This document shows, in pieces, positions 56,253 through 64,000 of a DNA stretch of 64,000 bases. Below the pieces are notes generated by a model, which worked only from the letters and a program-made list of their open reading frames with translations, searched no databases and was not told the origin of the DNA. Position 1 is the stretch's first letter. Each line of letters begins with the position of its first letter. A program made the position numbers and the translations under genes. Source of the stretch: Alphaproteobacteria bacterium (GTDB lineage Bacteria > Pseudomonadota > Alphaproteobacteria > Rs-D84); NCBI GenBank assembly GCA_017630405.1, contig JAGBVH010000007.1:6506-70505 (forward strand), written 5' to 3'.

Positions 56253-56606
56253 ATGGCTAATATCTTTCAAAAGATTTTTTACAAAGATTATCAATGTCAG
56301 ATTATCGATATGATACGCGACTATGATGTGCACTACAGATATGACGAATGGATAAAACTTGGTGCAAAGGGTGACACTAAATGTTCTGAACGCGCATACT
56401 CTATTCGCGATAAAAAATTCTTTATCATCGTGACATGCAGATACGATGAAACTGCGTTACCCAAAACTTCGTATCGTCTGTACATGGAAGACTATAGACC
56501 GAATACACTTATCCCGGCGCAGGCAACACAGCAAAACACTAAATTTGCTGAAGCAATCTATAACAAAATGTTAGATAAATACGCAGCAACACACAATGTT
56601 AGATGA
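56253..56606 (+). CDS. Small protein, array member 3 (117 aa, starts MANIFQKIF)
   Basis: RBS aaaggaac. MANIFQKIFYKDYQCQIID...NTKFAEAIYNKMLDKY. Overlaps the rimI start by 11 nt. Confidence 0.6.
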   Translation: MANIFQKIFYKDYQCQIIDMIRDYDVHYRYDEWIKLGAKGDTKCSERAYSIRDKKFFIIVTCRYDETALPKTSYRLYMEDYRPNTLIPAQATQQNTKFAEAIYNKMLDKYAATHNVR

Positions 56607-56982
56607 ACTGGCAAATCTTCATAAATTATGCTTTCCGCATAAACCGTGGGGTGCGGATGATTTTGCCGACCTGAAAAAATCAGGTTGCGAAATTATCGCA
56701 AGCCAAAACGGTTTTATAGTATATCGCGCAACACTGGACGAAGCAGAAATTATCACAATTGGCGTACATCCCGATGCGCGCCGCACTGGCATTGCTGCTG
56801 CCATGTTGGGGATTGCAGAGGCAGACTTGAAAAAACAAGGTATAAAACATATATTTCTAGAGGTGGCGGCGGATAACGCCCCTGCCCGCGCGCTGTATGA
56901 ACAGAATGGGTTTGTTCAAATCGGTGTGCGCCCAAAATACTATGACGGCACTGATGCCATAATGATGCGAAAGGATATATAA
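56596..56982 (+). CDS. rimI: Ribosomal-protein-alanine N-acetyltransferase (GNAT)
   Basis: IITIGVHPDARRTGIAAAMLGIAE...IFLEVAADNAPARALYEQNGF. Usual partner of tsaB. Confidence 0.8.
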   Translation: MLDELANLHKLCFPHKPWGADDFADLKKSGCEIIASQNGFIVYRATLDEAEIITIGVHPDARRTGIAAAMLGIAEADLKKQGIKHIFLEVAADNAPARALYEQNGFVQIGVRPKYYDGTDAIMMRKDI

Positions 56983-58050
56983 ATGTCTGAATACAAGGTC
57001 AGTAATGCATATGTCTTGAAATCCGTGCCAAAGTCGGATGATGCACCATATGGTGTGATTCCGGCCGATACGATTGATACTAACCGCCCAACAATAATCG
57101 CGCTTAGTGGTGAACTGACCGATAATCCACGCTTTGCAAATCATTATATCAAGCAATTGAAACAAGTTCTGGCGAATGGCGGTGTTGATAATGCGACAAT
57201 ATATTCCGTATATTATGACTTTGGTTCACGCGACACAACCAGCGAACGCGTACAGTTATTTCAACGCGCATGTCACAGAATCCGCAACATGAGTCAGGAT
57301 ATCAACACAATAAACGCCAAAATCAAGATGATGGACGAAAATGAACCCAGTCCGAAATACATTGAACGACTTTACAACATATTGCTGGCACCGATACTTG
57401 CGACCGATGATTCGGGTATGCGACCAGATATCAACACCGTTGCACAGCGCGCATCATACATTCGTTTCTATGCACATTCGCACGGGGCGGCGGTGGCAAC
57501 TATGCTGGGCAAGATTATGGCGCAAAAAATGTCCAAAATGGGATATAAGATAAGCGAAATTCGCGATGCACAGAAAAACATTATTGTTATTCAGCATGGT
57601 CCTATTACACCACTGGAAAGACCTAACTTTACAACTCTTTCTTTTGCATCTGCTTCGGACACCAAAGCGAACCTGCACAACAGGCTGTACGAATACGCAT
57701 TTGATAATTCATTTGATTTATATCCTTCATATTTTGGTCGTGCGGGTGCACATGTATTTACCGCTGGCACATTAAGCACTTCTTTGACCAAGGAACATGA
57801 TAATGATGGTCTGTTGAACAACGATATACTTACCGAAGATGGGCGCATTATCTTTGCCACCCAGCGCAACGCGATTATAAATTCAATTCAATATGCTGGC
57901 CAGCCAGTTCCACCTATTCGTGAACTGGTATCTGGCGAAGGTGTTGATTTCGATGAAATGGCAACCAATGGCGCGTGGTTCTGCAAACTAATGATGAGCG
58001 AAATCAAAAATCAGATTCCACAAATTCCAGCACACGATTATCAAATATAA
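56983..58050 (+). CDS. Putative alpha/beta-hydrolase-like protein (355 aa) with a GxSxG-like elbow
   Basis: IRFYAHSHGAAVATML (A-H-S-H-G nucleophile-elbow-like). No signal peptide. Starts immediately after the rimI stop. Confidence 0.5.
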   Translation: MSEYKVSNAYVLKSVPKSDDAPYGVIPADTIDTNRPTIIALSGELTDNPRFANHYIKQLKQVLANGGVDNATIYSVYYDFGSRDTTSERVQLFQRACHRIRNMSQDINTINAKIKMMDENEPSPKYIERLYNILLAPILATDDSGMRPDINTVAQRASYIRFYAHSHGAAVATMLGKIMAQKMSKMGYKISEIRDAQKNIIVIQHGPITPLERPNFTTLSFASASDTKANLHNRLYEYAFDNSFDLYPSYFGRAGAHVFTAGTLSTSLTKEHDNDGLLNNDILTEDGRIIFATQRNAIINSIQYAGQPVPPIRELVSGEGVDFDEMATNGAWFCKLMMSEIKNQIPQIPAHDYQI

Positions 58051-59278
58051 CATCGCGCGAACGCAGTGGTGATTCCAAGTGCATATCCGCAGCATGGCGG
58101 GTGCGCGACAGTGCGACATAAGTTTGTCCATGCGCAAATGCACCACGAGATATATCAACCACAACCGCATCAAGTGTCTTGCCCTGCGCCTTGTGTATCG
58201 TCATGGCATATCCAAGGTTTAGTGGGAACTGTTTATAGGACCCTACTTCGTTTTCAACCAACCTGTCGTTTTCATCACGACTGTATTCTATCTTTTCCCA
58301 CTTGTCTGGTTTTACAGCAACCAAATCGCGCGAGTCTGATAATAACTGCACAATTATTTCACGCGCGCCAAGACTTCTGACTATTCCCATAGAGCCGTTA
58401 TGCCATTTATCCGAATTTTTAACAAATACGACCAATGCGCCGACCTTTAATGTCAGATTTAATGGTGCAGGCACATCGCGTTCAGCAAAAGTGCCAGACA
58501 AGATACCATTATAAGAAACTTCGGGTTCTGGTATTTGTGCCAAACGGTCTGCATTTATACGCTCGGCCACAGCACGAAACGGCGTGATAATAACCGCATT
58601 GGAACGACGCTCGGTATTATCTATACGACAAGAGTTAAAAAATTCCAACGCCCCAGTATCATTATTACGCAACCGCACCAGATTTTCCAACAGTGGCATA
58701 TCGTGTTGACGATACACTAAATCAAAGTTGTACTTTATAAAGTTGGCGCGCTTGTAAACATTACTATCAAAGAAGTACGCATTTGGATGACCATATTCCG
58801 ATGTATAGTATTGGGTTGCTTCGCGCGTGATAACAGGTGGCAATTGAAACAAGTCGCCAATGGCAACAACCTGAATTCCACCAAATGGTTCATTGTTACG
58901 ACGAGCATAGCGCGCCAAAATATCAATCGCATCCAATAAATCAGGCGCAACCATTGATATTTCATCAATTACCAGAATATCTGTGGCCGTTAAAATATTT
59001 CTTGGCTTTGCCTTTAGTTTCAATAATTCCGGCAGAATAAAATCACGAGGCTGGATTTGAAACAAAGAATGAATAGTTTGGCCGCCAACATTAAGAGCCG
59101 AAACCGCGGTTGGGCACGCACAAACCACGCGCTTTTTGGTTGCAGACTTAAGATAATTTACAAAAGTTGATTTGCCAGTACCCGCAGGCCCCAGAATAAG
59201 TATGTTCGAATTTGTCCGCTCGATAGCATTAAAGGCGGCCATTTGGGTTTCGTTTAATATTTGAGGTAATACGGTCAT
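58004..59278 (-). CDS. Pif1/RecD-family (AAA_30) DNA helicase
   Basis: ILILGPAGTGKSTFV (Walker A), ILVIDEISMV (Walker B), and HKAQGKTLDAVVVDI...YVALSRTR (UvrD_C_2-like end). Confidence 0.8.
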   Translation of the reverse strand: MTVLPQILNETQMAAFNAIERTNSNILILGPAGTGKSTFVNYLKSATKKRVVCACPTAVSALNVGGQTIHSLFQIQPRDFILPELLKLKAKPRNILTATDILVIDEISMVAPDLLDAIDILARYARRNNEPFGGIQVVAIGDLFQLPPVITREATQYYTSEYGHPNAYFFDSNVYKRANFIKYNFDLVYRQHDMPLLENLVRLRNNDTGALEFFNSCRIDNTERRSNAVIITPFRAVAERINADRLAQIPEPEVSYNGILSGTFAERDVPAPLNLTLKVGALVVFVKNSDKWHNGSMGIVRSLGAREIIVQLLSDSRDLVAVKPDKWEKIEYSRDENDRLVENEVGSYKQFPLNLGYAMTIHKAQGKTLDAVVVDISRGAFAHGQTYVALSRTRHAADMHLESPLRSRDVIFDNRVLEFVESDF

Positions 59279-59330
59279 TGGCTTAATAGTGCCACAATTC
59301 TATAAAAAGTAAAATTAAATAATTTTTGGC

Positions 59331-59358
59331 TTGCATGATTTTATAAAATATATATAAT
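59331..59358 (+). promoter_or_regulatory. Sigma70-like promoter of tRNA(CAU)
   Basis: TTGCAT (59331-59336), a 16 nt spacer, then TATAAT (59353-59358). Confidence 0.5.
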
Positions 59359-59367
59359 GTCCGCCGT

Positions 59368-59444
59368 GGGTTAGTAGCTCAGTTGGTTAGAGCGGAGCGC
59401 TCATAACGCTTTGGTCGTGGGTTCAAGTCCTACCTAACCCACCA
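59368..59444 (+). tRNA. tRNA with CAU anticodon, more likely tRNA-Ile2 (lysidine) than elongator Met; not an initiator
   Basis: Acceptor gggttag pairs with ctaaccc (1-72 paired, so not fMet). Anticodon loop ctCATaa. The ttggtcgtgggttcaagtcc segment resembles E. coli ileX as recalled. Confidence 0.85.
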
Positions 59445-59452
59445 AAGTTTAA

Positions 59453-59479
59453 ATCCCTGTCGTATGATGGGGATTTTTT
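59453..59479 (+). terminator. Intrinsic terminator after tRNA(CAU)
   Basis: atccc...gggat hairpin followed by TTTTTT. Confidence 0.55.
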
Positions 59480-59603
59480 GATTAAAATTAAATTGCAAAC
59501 ACTATTTTTTATGTTAAACAAAAAAAATTCTTGATTTTGTGTTTTTTTACCTTGCGCTGGTGGCGGTAAATTTTCTACCATAAAGTATAAAAGAGAGGAA
59601 GAA

Positions 59604-62600
59604 ATGGGGAAAATTCGCAGTTTTCTGGGCTTTTTTGTATTTTTGACAGGACTGATTTTTGCGACAAATTCGTTTGCGACCGGCTATTCGTGCCCTGCGT
59701 ACGCTAAGTATTCAAGTTGTAATCCTGGATTTTTCTTGTCCAAAAATGGCGCCTTCCAAGCCTCTCCGGAAGCAGGTAACGCGTGTACAAAATGTCCAGA
59801 CAATGCGGTTGTCTGCCATGGTGGAACCGAAGCCCCTGTTTACGATATTGAATTGAACTCTAATGGATTGGCGGCAACAGAAGTAGTCGCGACCCTTTAC
59901 CGTAGTGCTACCGCTGGCTTCTGTACAGATGCCGAAAACTGTGTGGCAGACGGCAGCAGTGTTATTGAACCAGGCGCAAAGATTGATACATCTATATTTC
60001 CAACAGATTTAAATGGCGTGATGTTCTTGGATGGGTATTATGCATCACCAACCAGTTCAGCGAATCGTCTTATCGATGGCAACGGAAATTTAGCAACCAA
60101 TATCAGCGGCACCTTATCGAATACAGTCGAGGGGCCATTGGTCGTTTATCTGCACTCTTCTCTGGATTTAGAGCTGAATCCAAATGGCGGTACTGGTGGT
60201 ATCATCTTGCACCGTGTTCAATATAAACAGGCTGCAACAAAAGTTTTAACATTACCGACACGTTCGGGTTATACGCTTTTGGGTTATTATGACAATCCAG
60301 AAGGAGCTGGTAAACCATACTTTAACGGCTCTGGTCAGCCAACTTTTGCAACCTGGGAATCCGCACAACCCAAGACATTGTATGCTATCTGGGGCGAAGC
60401 AACCTATACTGTAACATATAACGCTAATGGTGGCGCGGGCACAATAGCCGACAGCACATTCCAATACGATATCGATTCGACACTGTCAGAAAACTCTTTC
60501 ACACGCGAAGGTTATACTTTCGCAGGTTGGAACAGCGATTTGACCGCTGCTAATAATGGCGAAGTACAATATGTGAACAATGCCACAATCAGCATAAGCG
60601 AAGCTGATTTGCCAAGTGGTGTTTATTCGCTGTATGCGGTATGGGCTGCAAACAAGTACACCATTACATATGATGTAAATGGCGGCACAAACACAGTCGA
60701 ATCTACAGAATGCACATATGACAAGGATTGCACATTATCTGCAACCATACCAACACGCGTAGGATATGCGTTTGGCGGCTGGACATATAACGGCAACACA
60801 TATGCCTCGGCCGATACCGTCAGGAACCTGACCGCAACAAACAACGGTTCTATCACAATGACAGCCGTTTGGAACGCAAACCAGTACACAGTATCGTTTA
60901 ATCCAAATGGTGGTACCGGCGGTCAAAGCGCAGATATCACTGTGACATACGATGCTACAATGCCTGCAATCGACACAACTGCACCTTATAAGTCAGGCGC
61001 GATATTCGCGGGCTGGGCATATAACGGCACAAAGTACTATGAAGCTGATGGCAGCAGCACAGTTAAATGGAATGTAGCGAGTAACACAACATTGACCGCT
61101 GTTTGGACAGCAAGAACAGAATATACTGTTATCTATAACGCGAACGGTGGCAATGGCAGCATGGCCAGCAAGACATGCACATATGGTGCAGACTGCGTAC
61201 TGGATACGGCAAGTGCTTTGTCTATGGCACACTATGCGTTTAATGGCTGGGCAACAAGTACAGATGGTGCTCCAATATATACAGACGGCCAGACAATCAA
61301 TGTGTCTGTTTCAGATTGGCCAGATGGCGTATTGAACCTGTATGCGACATGGACACCATATACCCTTACAATCAAGTATAATGCCAATGGCGGTAATGGT
61401 CAGATGAGCGATAGTGTATTTGATAACAATGCCCAGAGCGCAATCTTGAGCAAGAACACATTTGTCCGCGAACACTATACATTTGGTGGTTGGGCAACAA
61501 GCGCAAATGGTGCAAAGGTCTATGACGATGCACAAGATGCCAAGACAGAATTGGCCGCTGCGCAGAATAACTTTGCGACCAAGACTCTGTACGCTGTATG
61601 GAACGGTGACAATTATACTGTAACATATGACGCAAATGGTGGTACCGGCACAACAGCTGCAACAACAGTAACATATCCAACACAGGCAACATTGTCCAAC
61701 AATGGATTCAGTCGCATTGGATATTACTTCGCTGGCTGGGCTGCGAACAGCACCGCAGCAACCGCACAGTATCAAGCGGGCGACAAGATGTCTGTAACAG
61801 GTGACACCACACTGTATGCGGTATGGGCTGCAAACAAGTACACCATTACATATGATGTAAATGGTGGCACAAGCACAGTCGAATCTACAGAATGCACATA
61901 TGACAAGGATTGCACATTATCTGCAACCATACCAACACGCGTAGGATATGCGTTTGGCGGCTGGACATATGACGGCAACACATATGCCTCGGCCGATACC
62001 GTCAGGAACCTGACCGCAACAAACAACGGTTCTATCACTATGACAGCCGTTTGGAACGCAAATGAATATACATTGTCATTTGATTTGAACGGTGGCACAG
62101 GAACTGTACCTGCTGCAATCAAGGTAAAGTATAACAACAAGCCTTCGAATATCGCTGGCAACATGCCAACCAAGGCCGAAATGATATTCGCTGGATACGA
62201 ATACAACGGCAAGTTGTACTTTAACGCAAGCGGTGTGGCAACACGCATCTGGGATGTTGCAAGCGATGCTACATTGACAGCCAGCTGGACAACCAGAACG
62301 CAATTCACAGTTGTCTTTAATAAGAACGGCGGTACATTTACACTGTCAGACCAGACCTGTGAATACGGCGACACATGTACGCTGACAAAACTGGGAACTA
62401 ACTATACCATGACAGGCCATACATTTGGTGGTTGGGCATTGGGCGCAGATGAAGCAGCCGTATATGCTGACGGTGCTGTGATAAGCATATCGGGCTCGGA
62501 TGCACCAGACGGTATATTGAACCTGTATGCCGTGTGGGTACCAAACACCATGACATATAAGTATAACGCCAATGGTGGTGCAGGACAGATGACAGATAGC

Positions 62601-64000
62601 GTGTTCACATTTGATGCCGCAACCGCAAATCTGGCTACAAACAAGTTCACACGCGACCACTATACATTCGGTGGATGGGCGACAAGTGCAAATGGCGCAA
62701 AGGTCTATGACGATGCCCAGGACGTTAAGTCCGAAGTAGCAGGCACCCAAAGCGGTTCCAAGACACAAACTCTGTACGCAGTATGGAATGGCAACAACTA
62801 TACCGTAACATATAGTGCCAATGGTGGTACCGGCACAACAGCCGCGACAACAGTAACATATCCAACACAGGCAACATTGTCCAACAATGGATTCAGCCGC
62901 ATTGGATATCACTTTGTTGGCTGGGCTGCGAACAGTGACGCAACAACCGCACAGTATCAAGCGGGCGACAAGATGACTGTAACAGGTGACATCACTCTGT
63001 ACGCGGTATGGTCAATGAACAAGTATGACATTGCCTTTAACGGCACAGATGGCACAGGAACTGGCCCTGAAATAATCAGCGCGACTTATGGTCAGACTTA
63101 CACCCTGCCCGACTGCACATTTGTCAGAACAGGATATAGTTGTGCCGGCTGGAAATATGGCGAAACAACCTATAAGGCTGGCGACAGCGTCAAGAACCTG
63201 ACAGACAAAGACGGTGAAACTGTCATGATGACTGCGGTTTGGACACCAAACACATATACAGTGACATTGGTGACAACCAACCCTGTGGATGTGTCACAAA
63301 AGACAACCAAGGATGTATATCTGGTCTATGACACAGGCTGGTATTCCGATCAAGGCGCAAACAATGCGATTACCAATGTCGAAGTACCAACATATGATGG
63401 TTATGGGTTTGGTGGGTATATCACTGACAGCGGTGTTACAGTTGTGAATACAGACGGCAGTCTGACAAGCAACAAGACATTTACGACCATAAATGTCAGT
63501 GCAACATCCAAGTGGACAGCAGGTCAAGTAACTTGCGCAGCAGGAACATACTATCTGGGAACAGGCACACAGTGCAGCACTGAATGTCAAGAAAACCACT
63601 ACTGCCCAGGTGTGACAGTATCGGTTGACAGCGGTGTAGCGGGTCTGGAAACATGTCCAACAGGCTATCCGTACGCAGACAATAATGCTGTACGCGAAGG
63701 TCAGTGCTACACAACCGAATGTAAGCCAGTCGCAAATGGCACAACAGACGGCCGTGACTACTTCGACAACTCGCTGGATACATGTAAGGTAGTATCTTGT
63801 GAAAATGGTTATTACTTGAACGACGGCGTATGTAGCATATGCGAGGCAGGCAAGTACTGTAACGGCGGAACAAGCACACCAATACTGTGTCCAAAAGAAT
63901 ATCCAAACACTGATGCAGGCGCACAATCGATAGAAGCGTGCTATAGCGAATGTGAAAACACAGCTAACGCCGATAACATGACAGGACGTGCGTACTATGG
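59604..64000 (+). CDS. Giant secreted/surface protein with InlB-B / Listeria-Bacteroides (Flg_new) repeats between Cys-rich modules (3' end beyond the window)
   Basis: Not in the ORF track because it has no stop in the window. I translated the frame by hand from ATG 59604 (RBS agagagga) at several points up to 64000 and found no stop. Signal peptide MGKIRSFLGFFVFLTGLIFATNSFA. At least 13 units of the type YTVTYNANGG.G......Y......L..N.F.R.GY.F.GW.........Y........LYAVW. Confidence 0.9.
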   Translation, partial: MGKIRSFLGFFVFLTGLIFATNSFATGYSCPAYAKYSSCNPGFFLSKNGAFQASPEAGNACTKCPDNAVVCHGGTEAPVYDIELNSNGLAATEVVATLYRSATAGFCTDAENCVADGSSVIEPGAKIDTSIFPTDLNGVMFLDGYYASPTSSANRLIDGNGNLATNISGTLSNTVEGPLVVYLHSSLDLELNPNGGTGGIILHRVQYKQAATKVLTLPTRSGYTLLGYYDNPEGAGKPYFNGSGQPTFATWESAQPKTLYAIWGEATYTVTYNANGGAGTIADSTFQYDIDSTLSENSFTREGYTFAGWNSDLTAANNGEVQYVNNATISISEADLPSGVYSLYAVWAANKYTITYDVNGGTNTVESTECTYDKDCTLSATIPTRVGYAFGGWTYNGNTYASADTVRNLTATNNGSITMTAVWNANQYTVSFNPNGGTGGQSADITVTYDATMPAIDTTAPYKSGAIFAGWAYNGTKYYEADGSSTVKWNVASNTTLTAVWTARTEYTVIYNANGGNGSMASKTCTYGADCVLDTASALSMAHYAFNGWATSTDGAPIYTDGQTINVSVSDWPDGVLNLYATWTPYTLTIKYNANGGNGQMSDSVFDNNAQSAILSKNTFVREHYTFGGWATSANGAKVYDDAQDAKTELAAAQNNFATKTLYAVWNGDNYTVTYDANGGTGTTAATTVTYPTQATLSNNGFSRIGYYFAGWAANSTAATAQYQAGDKMSVTGDTTLYAVWAANKYTITYDVNGGTSTVESTECTYDKDCTLSATIPTRVGYAFGGWTYDGNTYASADTVRNLTATNNGSITMTAVWNANEYTLSFDLNGGTGTVPAAIKVKYNNKPSNIAGNMPTKAEMIFAGYEYNGKLYFNASGVATRIWDVASDATLTASWTTRTQFTVVFNKNGGTFTLSDQTCEYGDTCTLTKLGTNYTMTGHTFGGWALGADEAAVYADGAVISISGSDAPDGILNLYAVWVPNTMTYKYNANGGAGQMTDSVFTFDAATANLATNKFTRDHYTFGGWATSANGAKVYDDAQDVKSEVAGTQSGSKTQTLYAVWNGNNYTVTYSANGGTGTTAATTVTYPTQATLSNNGFSRIGYHFVGWAANSDATTAQYQAGDKMTVTGDITLYAVWSMNKYDIAFNGTDGTGTGPEIISATYGQTYTLPDCTFVRTGYSCAGWKYGETTYKAGDSVKNLTDKDGETVMMTAVWTPNTYTVTLVTTNPVDVSQKTTKDVYLVYDTGWYSDQGANNAITNVEVPTYDGYGFGGYITDSGVTVVNTDGSLTSNKTFTTINVSATSKWTAGQVTCAAGTYYLGTGTQCSTECQENHYCPGVTVSVDSGVAGLETCPTGYPYADNNAVREGQCYTTECKPVANGTTDGRDYFDNSLDTCKVVSCENGYYLNDGVCSICEAGKYCNGGTSTPILCPKEYPNTDAGAQSIEACYSECENTANADNMTGRAYY
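60630..61811 (+). repeat. Internal super-repeat copy 1 (five B-repeat modules, 1182 bp)
   Basis: 60630-60880 differs from 61812-62062 at only 4 positions that I can see. The 3' end (61585-61811) is also highly similar to 62770-62996. The middle is more diverged. Confidence 0.85.
61812..62996 (+). repeat. Internal super-repeat copy 2 (1185 bp)
   Basis: Tandem to copy 1 and in frame. Same order of five modules. Confidence 0.85.

Noticed and set aside
60630-62996. A periodic repeat structure that could be mistaken for a CRISPR array, or for a diversity-generating retroelement TR/VR pair.
   Set aside because: The units are 230-250 bp coding modules in one open frame, not short repeats with spacers. 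No reverse transcriptase lies nearby. Three of the 4 mismatches in the most similar segment fall at A positions in copy 1, but the other similar segment shows all substitution types, so there is no adenine-specific pattern.
60252-63926. Several Cys-rich minus-strand ORFs (e.g. 61311-61775, 62346-62960, 63294-63926) that look like small Cys-rich peptides.
   Set aside because: They are antisense to the continuous plus-strand repeat gene. The Cys richness arises from reverse-reading the abundant ACA/GCA (Thr/Ala) codons. They repeat only because the sense gene repeats.

Overview
The window looks like a chromosomal segment of moderate GC from an uncultured alphaproteobacterium. Supporting lineage markers are a circularly permuted two-piece tmRNA gene, DUF1013 and DUF2155 genes, a CTTG-N17-CTATAT RpoH-type promoter at dnaK, IHF-beta and an AddA-type helicase. 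Rubrerythrin, PFK and a 1-Cys peroxiredoxin hint at an anaerobic or host-associated lifestyle. The backbone is housekeeping: dnaE (3' end), rsmH, dnaK, pfk, rpsP-rimM-trmD-rplS, tsaD, xseA, recN, addA-like, tmk, rpoD, cysS, fused accD-accA, ihfB, amiC, prfB (with its +1 frameshift), obg, lon, tsaB and rimI. There are also 9 tRNAs and ssrA. No rRNA, CRISPR array, transposase or integrase was seen. The unusual content falls into seven groups. (1) A paralogous family of large cysteine-rich secreted proteins (2693-6396, 34473-36947, 42202-43452). (2) A surface protein of more than 1460 aa (59604 to the window end) with at least 13 Listeria-Bacteroides/InlB-B-type repeats between eukaryote-like Cys-rich modules, and a mosaic 1.18 kb internal duplication. 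(3) Two tandem arrays of small paralogous ORFs wedged into otherwise conserved translation-related operons: three CxxC proteins between rimM and trmD, and four ORFs (three starting MANxFQKxF) between tsaB and rimI. (4) A lon gene that stops where the protease domain should start. (5) An AddA-like helicase split from its nuclease domain and coupled to recN. (6) A GC-rich, highly structured 365 bp intergenic region next to a low-GC glycosyltransferase cluster. (7) An HNH nuclease flanked by two paralogous basic-repeat proteins beside tRNA-Gly. Functions for these seven groups are inference only.
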